The translations under genes and the position numbers were made by a program. From the IMG/VR virus record IMGVR_UViG_3300035208_007155, positions 1-64,000 of that record: 64,000 nt of DNA; one strand, given 5' to 3'. Shown one piece after another: positions 9,921 through 18,142 of this stretch. The stretch's first letter is position 1, and every line of letters starts with the position of its first letter. The notes beneath the pieces are model-generated. The model ran no database searches. It saw only the letters and a program-made list of their open reading frames with translations, and had not been told where the DNA came from. This DNA is from a virus (taxonomy: Duplodnaviria; Caudoviricetes).

Positions 9921-9949
9921 ATTATAGCTTGTTGAAAAATTATTTCAAC
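9921..9949 (-). promoter_or_regulatory. Sigma70-like promoter TTGAAA-N16-TATAAT overlapped by palindrome GTTGAAA-N5-TTTCAAC
   Basis: Directly visible upstream of the AGGAG RBS of the peptidase gene. Confidence 0.6.
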
Positions 9950-9975
9950 CTATATTTTATTTTATAAATATACAC

Positions 9976-10010
9976 AAAAAAAAGCCCCACCGATCTCTCG
10001 GCAGGGCTTC
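9976..10010 (-). terminator. Intrinsic terminator
   Basis: Imperfect GC-rich hairpin (AAGCCC...GGGCTT) followed by a U tract on the minus strand. Confidence 0.6.
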
Positions 10011-10023
10011 GCCTCTCTGTTTT

Positions 10024-10644
10024 TTATTTCTTTCCGAGTTGCACACGCAATTTGGGCTCAGTTCCAGCCGCAACCATGTCTCGTAGCTTCAAAGCACTAC
10101 GTTGGAACAATTGATCCGCTTCATTGTCAGACAGCTTGTAGACCATTGTATAAATGGATTGCTCCGTACCAGTGATCTCTTTGGGGTCCACTTGCGTGAA
10201 ACCAACACGAATAAGCTGCTGGATATGCATTGAAATGCCACCCCAGAATATGCCTGCATCCGAACGACCGTCTCGATGCAGAGGGGCTCCACCCTGGCAT
10301 GGATTTTCGGGCACCCAAACATTGGGACGCATTCCCAAAGGAAGCACCGGACATACCCTGTCACCAACTACCATCGATGTTCTCGGTTGATAGCCAGCAA
10401 TGATTTCTTCCAAACAGGTAACACTAGCGTCCACAAAACGCTCGCCTGTCTCTTCGTTCCAAACCATGAACGGATTACAGCCAGCCTTGACCTTCAAACG
10501 CTGAGCCACCAAAGAATCTACCTCTGTTGGGTCAAACGCCGCAATCAGTTCCTTGTTGGTCATCTGAAGCACTTGAGCCTCAGGAGTAATGACCATTACC
10601 GGCTGCACTTCATTAGCCAGCCTTTTCTCTTCACTTTGACTCAT
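10024..10644 (-). CDS. Hypothetical protein (more GC-rich than its flanks)
   Basis: Long ORF with its own promoter and terminator; start placed at MSQSEE, downstream of the promoter. Confidence 0.7.
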   Translation of the reverse strand: MSQSEEKRLANEVQPVMVITPEAQVLQMTNKELIAAFDPTEVDSLVAQRLKVKAGCNPFMVWNEETGERFVDASVTCLEEIIAGYQPRTSMVVGDRVCPVLPLGMRPNVWVPENPCQGGAPLHRDGRSDAGIFWGGISMHIQQLIRVGFTQVDPKEITGTEQSIYTMVYKLSDNEADQLFQRSALKLRDMVAAGTEPKLRVQLGKK

Positions 10645-10684
10645 ATACAACCCTTTCCAAAAAAAGTGTTTAAGCTCACCATTC

Positions 10685-10712
10685 ATTATACTTCAGAAAC
10701 GGCTGATGTAAA
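10685..10712 (-). promoter_or_regulatory. Sigma70-like promoter TTTACA-N16-TATAAT
   Basis: Near-consensus hexamers. Confidence 0.6.
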
Positions 10713-10722
10713 CACGAATTTT

Positions 10723-10908
10723 TTATCGCCATACTGGTTCATCACAACTAAAACTATCAGGATCGTCAGGATTCACTTCGTGCGGCTCCCCATCATAACA
10801 ATAACCACAATGTCCCTGGCATTTCGGGCATATATTGGTCCAACCTATGTTGCTCTCGTAAAGTGGAACTTGACCCGAGCCACCACAATAATCACATGTG
10901 TATTTCAT
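10723..10908 (-). CDS. Small DnaJ-like zinc-finger protein
   Basis: CDYCGGSG...CPKCQG; GGAG RBS. Confidence 0.6.
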   Translation of the reverse strand: MKYTCDYCGGSGQVPLYESNIGWTNICPKCQGHCGYCYDGEPHEVNPDDPDSFSCDEPVWR

Positions 10909-10921
10909 TTTAAATCTCCGT

Positions 10922-10953
10922 AAAAAGACAGCACCCAAATAAATTGGGTGCTG
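10922..10953 (-). terminator. Intrinsic terminator or attenuator hairpin
   Basis: Perfect 10-bp stem CAGCACCCAA/TTGGGTGCTG followed by TCTTTTT on the minus strand. Confidence 0.7.
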
Positions 10954-11048
10954 CTGCGTTGAGGATTGAAATGTTTGGCCAGTGTTATAAAGCCACTACT
11001 GGTTTGGCTGCTCATACGGCCTAAAGCCGTTCCCAGAGCGGGGATTAT

Positions 11049-11420
11049 TCAATAAAAACGAATTTTTAACTTAACCTCAATACTACTGTCTGGCTCACAA
11101 CAAAACGGATTGGGAAATGCTTCCGCCCACAACACATTCTCAGAAAAATCAGTAACAAAATATCCATAAACTTTACGTTTGCCTGGGTATAGTCGCTTTG
11201 GCACATATGTCGCACCACTGGCTTCTATTGTCCAATTTGCAATACATAATTCAACCGGAGCATAGTCTTTACCCTTGGGCTCATGCAAATCCTCAATCCT
11301 AGTATGCTCTGATGGACGGTGTTCATTGGTAAATATATGCAATTTTCTCGCCAAATTGCATGTTTGCATAAGAAGATTCAGTTTTAAATTATTCGTTACT
11401 TCTATCATAATTGTGTCCAA
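11049..11420 (-). CDS. Hypothetical protein
   Basis: ORF overlapping the end of the upstream gene. Confidence 0.55.
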   Translation of the reverse strand: MDTIMIEVTNNLKLNLLMQTCNLARKLHIFTNEHRPSEHTRIEDLHEPKGKDYAPVELCIANWTIEASGATYVPKRLYPGKRKVYGYFVTDFSENVLWAEAFPNPFCCEPDSSIEVKLKIRFY

Positions 11421-11821
11421 TAATATGGTAGCTTCCCATTAACAAGAATGGCTGGTTTTTCTTTCCACCCAAATCTCCCATACCATTCAAAATCTTTAAA
11501 CAATAAAGCCGATCTATGACTCGAATGTAATCTAACATCCCCAAACCAAAAAGGCAACTCTATTTTGCTTCTTAAATATTTTTTGTAAAACTCTATCCAA
11601 TGAGGGTAATAACGTCCCCGACTAGCTAATTCTTCCAATCCATACAAACAATATTGAGCTAATGCTGGCTCGTAACCACTCCACATCTTGCTTGCAGGAT
11701 GATTGGGCCAACCACCAGTTATCAGAGTTTTTGCCTCACGATAAACCTGATTGCCTAGCCGAGAAGGATCAAGACAACATACCGATTGCTCTAAGTCAGG
11801 ATATGGAAGAAACACTTGCAT
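11405..11821 (-). CDS. Pyrimidine dimer DNA glycosylase-like protein (DenV/MSMEG_6728 type)
   Basis: MQVFLPYPD...LD..RLGNQ..EA...GWPNHPA.KMW...LP.WFGD..LH.SHRS.LL.KD. Confidence 0.8.
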   Translation of the reverse strand: MQVFLPYPDLEQSVCCLDPSRLGNQVYREAKTLITGGWPNHPASKMWSGYEPALAQYCLYGLEELASRGRYYPHWIEFYKKYLRSKIELPFWFGDVRLHSSHRSALLFKDFEWYGRFGWKEKPAILVNGKLPYYWTQL

Positions 11822-11893
11822 TGCATCAATATAATAGAAATGCTGAAATAATGCAACTAGGAAGAAATAGAATGACTATCGAATCAAGATTTA

Positions 11894-12274
11894 TTACACA
11901 GGAGATTCAGCTTCCATACCAAACCCTTTTTTAACAATCATCCAATACACCTCACCAACATCCACGGTAGAAAGGTGGATTATACTCCCACCGTTGTTGC
12001 CATCTGAATAAAAGCCACCAATGGACATCTCAGGCTGAGATGTCCCAAGAGGCATTGCAAAAGCAGCATAGTTCTCTTCAGGCAAGGCTAATTGATAGGG
12101 AGTTCTGATAAAATATTCGCCTTGCTCAGTAGGAACTATTGAGGCAACGCCGCAAGCTACAATATTTGGGCCTTGTAATGGAACAAAGTTATTCCTTAAG
12201 TTGCCCGGACCTTTGCCACCACCATGTCTATCAACAGAACCATCACCTTTGCCTGTAACGCTACTTGCCCCCAT
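11894..12274 (-). CDS. Hypothetical protein, probably late/virion
   Basis: MGASSVTGKG start after a GGAG RBS; CTATATAC upstream. Confidence 0.6.
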   Translation of the reverse strand: MGASSVTGKGDGSVDRHGGGKGPGNLRNNFVPLQGPNIVACGVASIVPTEQGEYFIRTPYQLALPEENYAAFAMPLGTSQPEMSIGGFYSDGNNGGSIIHLSTVDVGEVYWMIVKKGFGMEAESPV

Positions 12275-12365
12275 CCTATCTCCTTTTAGCATAGATTCTA
12301 AAAGTATATAGCGTTAGTAGGTATAATTATTCATCTCGCAAGATGTATAGGACTTGATATAATTT

Positions 12366-12623
12366 TCAGTTGTTCACTTGTCGATTTTTTCTCTGCATAT
12401 ATCTTTTTAATGTTTTTATTTTGACAAGCAAAACATCTTCTTCAGAAATGCCTCTAAAACCAAAGCTGCCATCCTCATAATATAATTCAAAATATGAACC
12501 AAGCGGAAAATCCTTGAAAAATTCACCACCATAAAACCATTCTCGCCTGTTATGAAGACAACTCCATGCTACTATTGGCTTGCAACCATCACATATTTCT
12601 ATAAATTTATATGCACCTATCAT
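12366..12623 (-). CDS. Hypothetical protein
   Basis: ORF in the minus-strand gene run. Confidence 0.5.
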   Translation of the reverse strand: MIGAYKFIEICDGCKPIVAWSCLHNRREWFYGGEFFKDFPLGSYFELYYEDGSFGFRGISEEDVLLVKIKTLKRYMQRKNRQVNN

Positions 12624-12652
12624 AATTTTTGTTCTCTAGGCTCAACGAAGGG

Positions 12653-13510
12653 TCATCCTTCCCAAAAATCCCGCCACTCACGTAATGCTACTGCCGACAC
12701 AGATTCTATAATTTTGCTGCGATCACATGCATATAATCCAGCACATGAAAAACAACCAACTTCCATTAAACGATATTGCCCTGATTTTGTCAAACATACA
12801 TCCACTACAAATACAGATTCAGGATTGTATTTAGATGCTATTAAATTGGCAAAATCAACCGCCTCTTGAGGATAAGTTGCATCTACATCAAAACGCTCAT
12901 TCTCCCGGTATTGACTCCCCGCTACCACCACACCATCCACAACAACAAACCTCCACTCAAATTGTATGTTGCGAGGCTCTGAAACCACCACTAATTCAAA
13001 TGGCTCAATCTGATTAAATCCAAAATATTCTACATCCTTCTCATAGCTTTCTTTGTAAACAGCCTTGCCAGTAAAAATTTTATCGCCACGATTCGGTCGC
13101 ATAAAGATCGTTCGATCACAACCTACATGTTCATATAAAAACTCTTTTTGACGCAAAAGCTCCGCATAAGGCAGCATTATGTAATTCTCTTGCAATAAAT
13201 ATTTGCCTAATGCCGCATAGTACGACGTACAATCATATTTTGGCACATCGTAATACACCCCAGGAACCCAATTCGCCTGCTTGCGAATGCTTTTTCCTAA
13301 TCCTAAAGAACCATAGAAAAGCACAGGAGTATTTTCTGGAAACAAATGAAGAAACTCCGTTTTCTCACACGGAATTTGCTTGATGATCTTATGCGGAAAA
13401 CCTTGTGCTTTCACGGCATCAATAAATGGTTGCACATCTTCTGGAAATGCATCGTCTTCAATCAAATAGTGCAGAGTGCTCTCTTCTGCAAATAGGGTCT
13501 TTTTATTCAT
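12653..13510 (-). CDS. ATP-grasp domain protein (R2K/DUF4343 type)
   Basis: FYGS; IFMRP..GDKIFTG; EWRFVVVDG.VV.GSQY; VFVVDV; LMEVGCFSCAGLY. Confidence 0.85.
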   Translation of the reverse strand: MNKKTLFAEESTLHYLIEDDAFPEDVQPFIDAVKAQGFPHKIIKQIPCEKTEFLHLFPENTPVLFYGSLGLGKSIRKQANWVPGVYYDVPKYDCTSYYAALGKYLLQENYIMLPYAELLRQKEFLYEHVGCDRTIFMRPNRGDKIFTGKAVYKESYEKDVEYFGFNQIEPFELVVVSEPRNIQFEWRFVVVDGVVVAGSQYRENERFDVDATYPQEAVDFANLIASKYNPESVFVVDVCLTKSGQYRLMEVGCFSCAGLYACDRSKIIESVSAVALREWRDFWEG

Positions 13511-13786
13511 TTAAAACGCCTCTTGAAACCAATCTTTTTCATAATCCATAACAAAATCACAATCTTCGTAAAATGCCACCATTCCACATTCTGCCCCACA
13601 ATCAGGACAATAGCCACCATAACTAGCACCCCTGTAATAATCCCAATATCCCAAATTACGACGCTTTGCCTCCGATTCACTAATATAAGTGCCATCGTGT
13701 AATCGGCAACGTCGATCAAAATTCACACACTCTTTAACCTCTTGTTCGTTAGGACAATAATAATTATACATTCTTGTGTTCCTCAT
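13511..13786 (-). CDS. Cys-rich zinc-ribbon protein ending DWFQEAF
   Basis: CPDCG motif; its stop codon abuts the ATP-grasp ATG. Confidence 0.65.
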   Translation of the reverse strand: MRNTRMYNYYCPNEQEVKECVNFDRRCRLHDGTYISESEAKRRNLGYWDYYRGASYGGYCPDCGAECGMVAFYEDCDFVMDYEKDWFQEAF

Positions 13787-14216
13787 TCATGTCAAAAAAT
13801 TCAATATGAATCCCATCATCAGACCGATTCACCTTCGGAACAATATTCAACTTTGAAAAAAATTTATTAAATTCATCTTCAATGCGATAGGCTTCGTCGG
13901 CTGGCAACCGCTCTGGTAATTTCATTTTAATCGATAAATTAGGTCTGCCTAGTCGCCATGTGCAACAATTACAAAATGCAACCTGAGGTGTATTGTGTTC
14001 AATTAAAGCAAATGCAGCTTTGGCATCAGCTTCACTGATTTCGTCAGATTCCTTAATGTTTTGGACAACACATCCCCAAACATGGCTTTCATTGCGAGGA
14101 TCACATACTTTGTATTCATCCTCTCCATCATATTGATTAATGCCTATCACCTTGAGCCTAAGACCATTATCCCAACGATAATATTTTCCAATGTTTTCAG
14201 GGTTAGCTTTATCCAT
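13764..14216 (-). CDS. Hypothetical protein
   Basis: TAATG-coupled ORF with GAGG RBS. Confidence 0.65.
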   Translation of the reverse strand: MDKANPENIGKYYRWDNGLRLKVIGINQYDGEDEYKVCDPRNESHVWGCVVQNIKESDEISEADAKAAFALIEHNTPQVAFCNCCTWRLGRPNLSIKMKLPERLPADEAYRIEDEFNKFFSKLNIVPKVNRSDDGIHIEFFDMNEEHKNV

Positions 14217-14536
14217 TAAAATGCCTCTTCAAACCAATCAATTTTTGGCTCTATCTCTTTGTCGTCTTTTTCTACATCTTTTGCTTCTTCAAGTGGTATG
14301 TATGGAGCATATACATATCCACAATCCATCAATGTGCGATGTAAATCATTTCCATCAATACATTGCCCCGTGGTTTCGTTTTTAATTCTCAAACTCAAGC
14401 CCAAATCATTAGGATAACTATCTAATACCTTTATCAAATGACATTGCAGTGCATTATACGCTTGCCTATAGACAGAATGAATGCCCGGTAATGAATACCA
14501 AACTCCCTTGTGATTTAAAACTTGTACTATAAACAT
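14216..14536 (-). CDS. Hypothetical protein ending DWFEEAF
   Basis: ORF in the operon. Confidence 0.65.
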   Translation of the reverse strand: MFIVQVLNHKGVWYSLPGIHSVYRQAYNALQCHLIKVLDSYPNDLGLSLRIKNETTGQCIDGNDLHRTLMDCGYVYAPYIPLEEAKDVEKDDKEIEPKIDWFEEAF

Positions 14537-14934
14537 TTTCTATTTACTTTCCCATATTTCTCTCTTATTCGATCTGGTACGGGATAACCCATTTCAATAT
14601 AGTGTCGCCAATGAGCATCTACCGCTCGTCCCACCATCTCCCAAAATTCTTTCTGATGATTTTTGTCGCAATCCTCACAAATATCAAAATTAAAATTTGG
14701 ATAACTTATGTCTATGTTCCATAACGGCTCACCTTTCTTGCCACATAAATCACATACACCAAGAGGCTTCCACCGTTCTTCCAACTTCTTTTTCAAGTCT
14801 GGCAAATCATTTGACAAAGGTATTTCTCCTCCTTGAATAAAACCCTCTTCTGGCTCGCTACGAAATATAAAACGGTAAAGACGAGGATGGTCAAGTAAAA
14901 GTAACTTAAAAAAATCAGTCCATTTTGGAGCCAT
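14527..14934 (-). CDS. Hypothetical zinc-binding protein
   Basis: CDLC...CEDC; TGATG coupling. Confidence 0.6.
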   Translation of the reverse strand: MAPKWTDFFKLLLLDHPRLYRFIFRSEPEEGFIQGGEIPLSNDLPDLKKKLEERWKPLGVCDLCGKKGEPLWNIDISYPNFNFDICEDCDKNHQKEFWEMVGRAVDAHWRHYIEMGYPVPDRIREKYGKVNRKCL

Positions 14935-15143
14935 CAAAAAGCCTCATTAAACCAGTCGGCGTCCGAGCCCATCGGGCAGAAATAAGACTCTGGGCCACTA
15001 CAAGCCAATCCGCAGTCTAATTCAGCATAATAGTGATACCCATGCTCCGTAGCATAAACCTTGATGATTGTCGCTTGCTCGCCCCACGCCGTCTCCATAA
15101 CCCTGTCGCCGGGCATAAATTTCTGTGGCTCTAAATCGATCAT
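14934..15143 (-). CDS. Small beta-barrel-like protein ending DWFNEAF
   Basis: KFMPGDRV...ATIIKV pattern (KOW/SH3-like). Confidence 0.6.
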   Translation of the reverse strand: MIDLEPQKFMPGDRVMETAWGEQATIIKVYATEHGYHYYAELDCGLACSGPESYFCPMGSDADWFNEAF

Positions 15144-15153
15144 ATTCTAACAT

Positions 15154-15696
15154 TTACTCCAGATATTCATTTTCTTTATGTGAATTTCTTTTAATTTCTA
15201 ATATAGTTTCGGCAACTATCTGTTCATAAAGTTCAAGAAAATTAGTTTTTAAACAACCCTGGGGAACAAAATATGCTGGCTCCCTATCCCCATATGCTTT
15301 CAAATATCTTTTGTTTTTTGCATGCTTGCCATCTATGTAACCAATAATTTGGTATAACGGAGGACAACCAAGCACCAATACGAATGTGTCCCCGTTCCTA
15401 TCATCTTCCCTGACAAGTAAATCATAATAATCTTTACCTCTTGTTCTAACCTGAATTTTGCCAACGTCCCCGCCACTCTTAAATGTATTCACACTGCCAG
15501 AATAATATAAATTTAGAGCTTTGGCAAATGCTACCTCCCCCTTCGCACCGTCTATATTGTGTTGTAAAGACTCTGCTTCATCGCATTTAAGCCCATGACT
15601 ATTCTTTTTCCCTTGTAGCTTGGCTTGATTATATCGGCTTGTGCCGACGAAAACACCTATTTCTTCTTCGTAGCTTTCTAGTCTGACTTCTATCAT
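15154..15696 (-). CDS. Hypothetical phage protein, possible PD-(D/E)XK-like nuclease fold
   Basis: GAKGEVAFAK...GDVGKIQVRT. Confidence 0.55.
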   Translation of the reverse strand: MIEVRLESYEEEIGVFVGTSRYNQAKLQGKKNSHGLKCDEAESLQHNIDGAKGEVAFAKALNLYYSGSVNTFKSGGDVGKIQVRTRGKDYYDLLVREDDRNGDTFVLVLGCPPLYQIIGYIDGKHAKNKRYLKAYGDREPAYFVPQGCLKTNFLELYEQIVAETILEIKRNSHKENEYLE

Positions 15697-15866
15697 ATTT
15701 CTCCTCTCTCTATCTCTTCTATTTCGTCTATCTCCATTTCACCTATCCAGCCAAAACCAGCAACAAGCCAGTCGCTACCGCCTACACCCAAATCAGGACG
15801 GTACTCGCCTACTCGCCATTGGCCATTGATCTTTATGCGGTAAAATCCAGGGGAACGAGTATTCAT
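15693..15866 (-). CDS. Small hypothetical protein (57 aa; not in the ORF track)
   Basis: MNTRSPGFYRIKINGQW...EIEEIERGEI*; ATGA overlaps at both ends. Confidence 0.6.
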   Translation of the reverse strand: MNTRSPGFYRIKINGQWRVGEYRPDLGVGGSDWLVAGFGWIGEMEIDEIEEIERGEI

Positions 15867-16525
15867 AATAATTGAAGCCTATTTAAAGCTTGTTCAATTT
15901 CGTTGCAAAAATCAATGGCTGGAATGGGTGTGTCATACACTTCTGATTTATATCCACCTATTTGTTTACATTTACACATCGTTTCCTGAATTATTTTTTG
16001 TTCTGCACCATATTTACAAATCCAGCTTTTTAATACTTTGATGTTTGGAGCCAGCGTGCAGTGTTCTTTTAATCTTAGTTCTGGCGTTCTACTTGTCCAC
16101 CCAATTTTCACCCTGCGGTCGCTTAAATCAGGCACAGTTAATGCAATATAAAAATAGCCATAACCCTTGGGAGGCGAAACAGTACCAGTAAAAATTTGAT
16201 ATGCCTCTTGATACATTATTTCTCCACACCGCATCATGTCGATTAAATGTGGTTGATTATTTTGCATATTAATAGCGTTTTGTATCGTATCGGCATTTAT
16301 TTTCACAGCCAATCCGGCAATTTCGCTTGCTTTGCCTTTCCTTTTCCCACGCACACCAGAATACATTCGTATTTTAGCTTCTACTTGCAACTTAGGAAGC
16401 ATATCCAATGCCAATAAAATACGCTTTGTTTTTTCTATTTGCTTTAGTTTTGTTATTTTACCCATGATTGTATTTTTCATTTGCCGATTTACATCGACAT
16501 TTCTTGCATCTTGTAGCATACCCAT
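15863..16525 (-). CDS. GIY-YIG / T5orf172-like nuclease domain protein
   Basis: GYFYIA...VKIGWT..PELRL...AEQKI; start position uncertain. Confidence 0.7.
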   Translation of the reverse strand: MGMLQDARNVDVNRQMKNTIMGKITKLKQIEKTKRILLALDMLPKLQVEAKIRMYSGVRGKRKGKASEIAGLAVKINADTIQNAINMQNNQPHLIDMMRCGEIMYQEAYQIFTGTVSPPKGYGYFYIALTVPDLSDRRVKIGWTSRTPELRLKEHCTLAPNIKVLKSWICKYGAEQKIIQETMCKCKQIGGYKSEVYDTPIPAIDFCNEIEQALNRLQLL

Positions 16526-17972
16526 CTGACTTTAATTTGTCAATTCCAAATTCCTCAAATAACTTTACTTCTCGGCATTGATTACATTGTTTTTTACCCT
16601 CGACAGCGTATGGATTTACTTTCTTTTTCTTGGGCTTGCTGCCAGCGATGTGGCCACCTTCCTTTTCACAGATATAGCGACCATTGCGAGCTATGTTCTT
16701 ATCATAAGTTAGGCGAAGGGCGGTGTGGGTGATCTGGCAATAGGGACAGAAAACATCGATGGTGTCAGCAATTATGTTTTTGTGATAATGTTTTTTTGAT
16801 TTTTTATTATTTAACTCTTTGTGATTTATACAAATGCCCAATGACTGTCTGAGTTTTTCCACAAATAATTCAATATGTTTTGGATTATACACTGCCCCGA
16901 AAAGATCAACTTCGCACCAAACATCAAATAACACACCGGATTTTTCAGCAATGATCTGTGCGGCTTTGTGCTTGGCTACAATCACTTCATCATCAAGCCA
17001 CGCCGCTGGTTTGACTTCTATCCACTTAATACTGTCGTCTATATATTGGATTTCCAAATCTACTAAATAATTTGCTTCAAAATTCTTTACGGGATTATAA
17101 TAAGATATTTTTATTTTTTCTTTGTAATAAGTTTTTACATTTAAATCTTCGTCCAATTTAAGAAATGCCTTCTTTTCATAAGAGGAGCTAAAAAATATCT
17201 TTCCTGCCTTCGGAGATTCGTGCCACCCACGAACATGGTGTGTTTTTGGATTAAATCCCTGTTTGTAGAGTCTAATGGTTGCCTCGGAAAGCTTGCGTCG
17301 ATGTTCTGGAGAAAAACCACCAGTTTCAGCAAGCATTTTTTTGCGACCATCAGATATGTTCTGGCAATGCTCTTCTGTAAATGTTTTGCCACAATGCGAT
17401 TGAGACATCTGTTGTTTTGTTTCTTCGCTGTGGTGTTTCCCAAGCATTCCAGTTGTACATTGATTTTCTAACAAATTGCGTGTTGCCCGTGCAATTCCTT
17501 CAGGATTATTTTTCATATATTGACTTAGTTTTTCTTTGAATTCATCACTTCTTTTTATGCCCTTAAGAGCAAATTTTATTTTTTCTTTTTGTTCTTCTGT
17601 TATTATTTTTCCCCTCTGAGCACAACTTTTACACATTTGAATATACGGCTCTATCATTTCGCCATAATAGCAACTCTTTTTCATCAATCGTCCATTATCG
17701 CCAACATGCTCTACACAAGGGCAATACACCATTATTTCTTCGTTGGTTTGTCGGTTTTCTCCAATCCTATTCATTGGGTTATTGTAGACCATATCACAGG
17801 CCCTACAAACAAACTCTCTTCCACCATGTTTTAGTATATTTTTCCTGGCTGGGCCTTTGCTTATTGGCTTGCCTGCTTTTATATGATTTGGGCAATCACA
17901 AAGATCATCAACATTGATGGAGTCTACGTCTCTTAGGTTTTTGTACAACTCTTTAAACTGTTCTATATTCAT
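16458..17972 (-). CDS. Free-standing homing endonuclease (NUMOD3 repeats, TnsA-like PD-(D/E)XK domain, zinc fingers)
   Basis: GKHHSEETKQQMS repeats; SSYEKKAF..LD; YLVDLEI...WIEVKP; CxxC motifs. Confidence 0.75.
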   Translation of the reverse strand: MNIEQFKELYKNLRDVDSINVDDLCDCPNHIKAGKPISKGPARKNILKHGGREFVCRACDMVYNNPMNRIGENRQTNEEIMVYCPCVEHVGDNGRLMKKSCYYGEMIEPYIQMCKSCAQRGKIITEEQKEKIKFALKGIKRSDEFKEKLSQYMKNNPEGIARATRNLLENQCTTGMLGKHHSEETKQQMSQSHCGKTFTEEHCQNISDGRKKMLAETGGFSPEHRRKLSEATIRLYKQGFNPKTHHVRGWHESPKAGKIFFSSSYEKKAFLKLDEDLNVKTYYKEKIKISYYNPVKNFEANYLVDLEIQYIDDSIKWIEVKPAAWLDDEVIVAKHKAAQIIAEKSGVLFDVWCEVDLFGAVYNPKHIELFVEKLRQSLGICINHKELNNKKSKKHYHKNIIADTIDVFCPYCQITHTALRLTYDKNIARNGRYICEKEGGHIAGSKPKKKKVNPYAVEGKKQCNQCREVKLFEEFGIDKLKSDGYATRCKKCRCKSANEKYNHG

Positions 17973-18090
17973 AATATGCTCCTTTAATTCTTATTGTATC
18001 ATATTACTTATATAGTGTCAAGCCTAAAATTTTGCACTTTTTTTGATGTTTTTTTTGCGAATTCATTAAAAATGGTTTATGTACAAAAAG

Positions 18091-18116
18091 AAAGACCCGC
18101 ATTTCTGCGGGTCTTT
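18091..18116 (-). terminator. Terminator after the major capsid gene
   Basis: AAAGACCCGCA-TTTC-TGCGGGTCTTT stem-loop. Confidence 0.8.
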
Positions 18117-18142
18117 GCTATACTAATACTTGCGTATAATTT

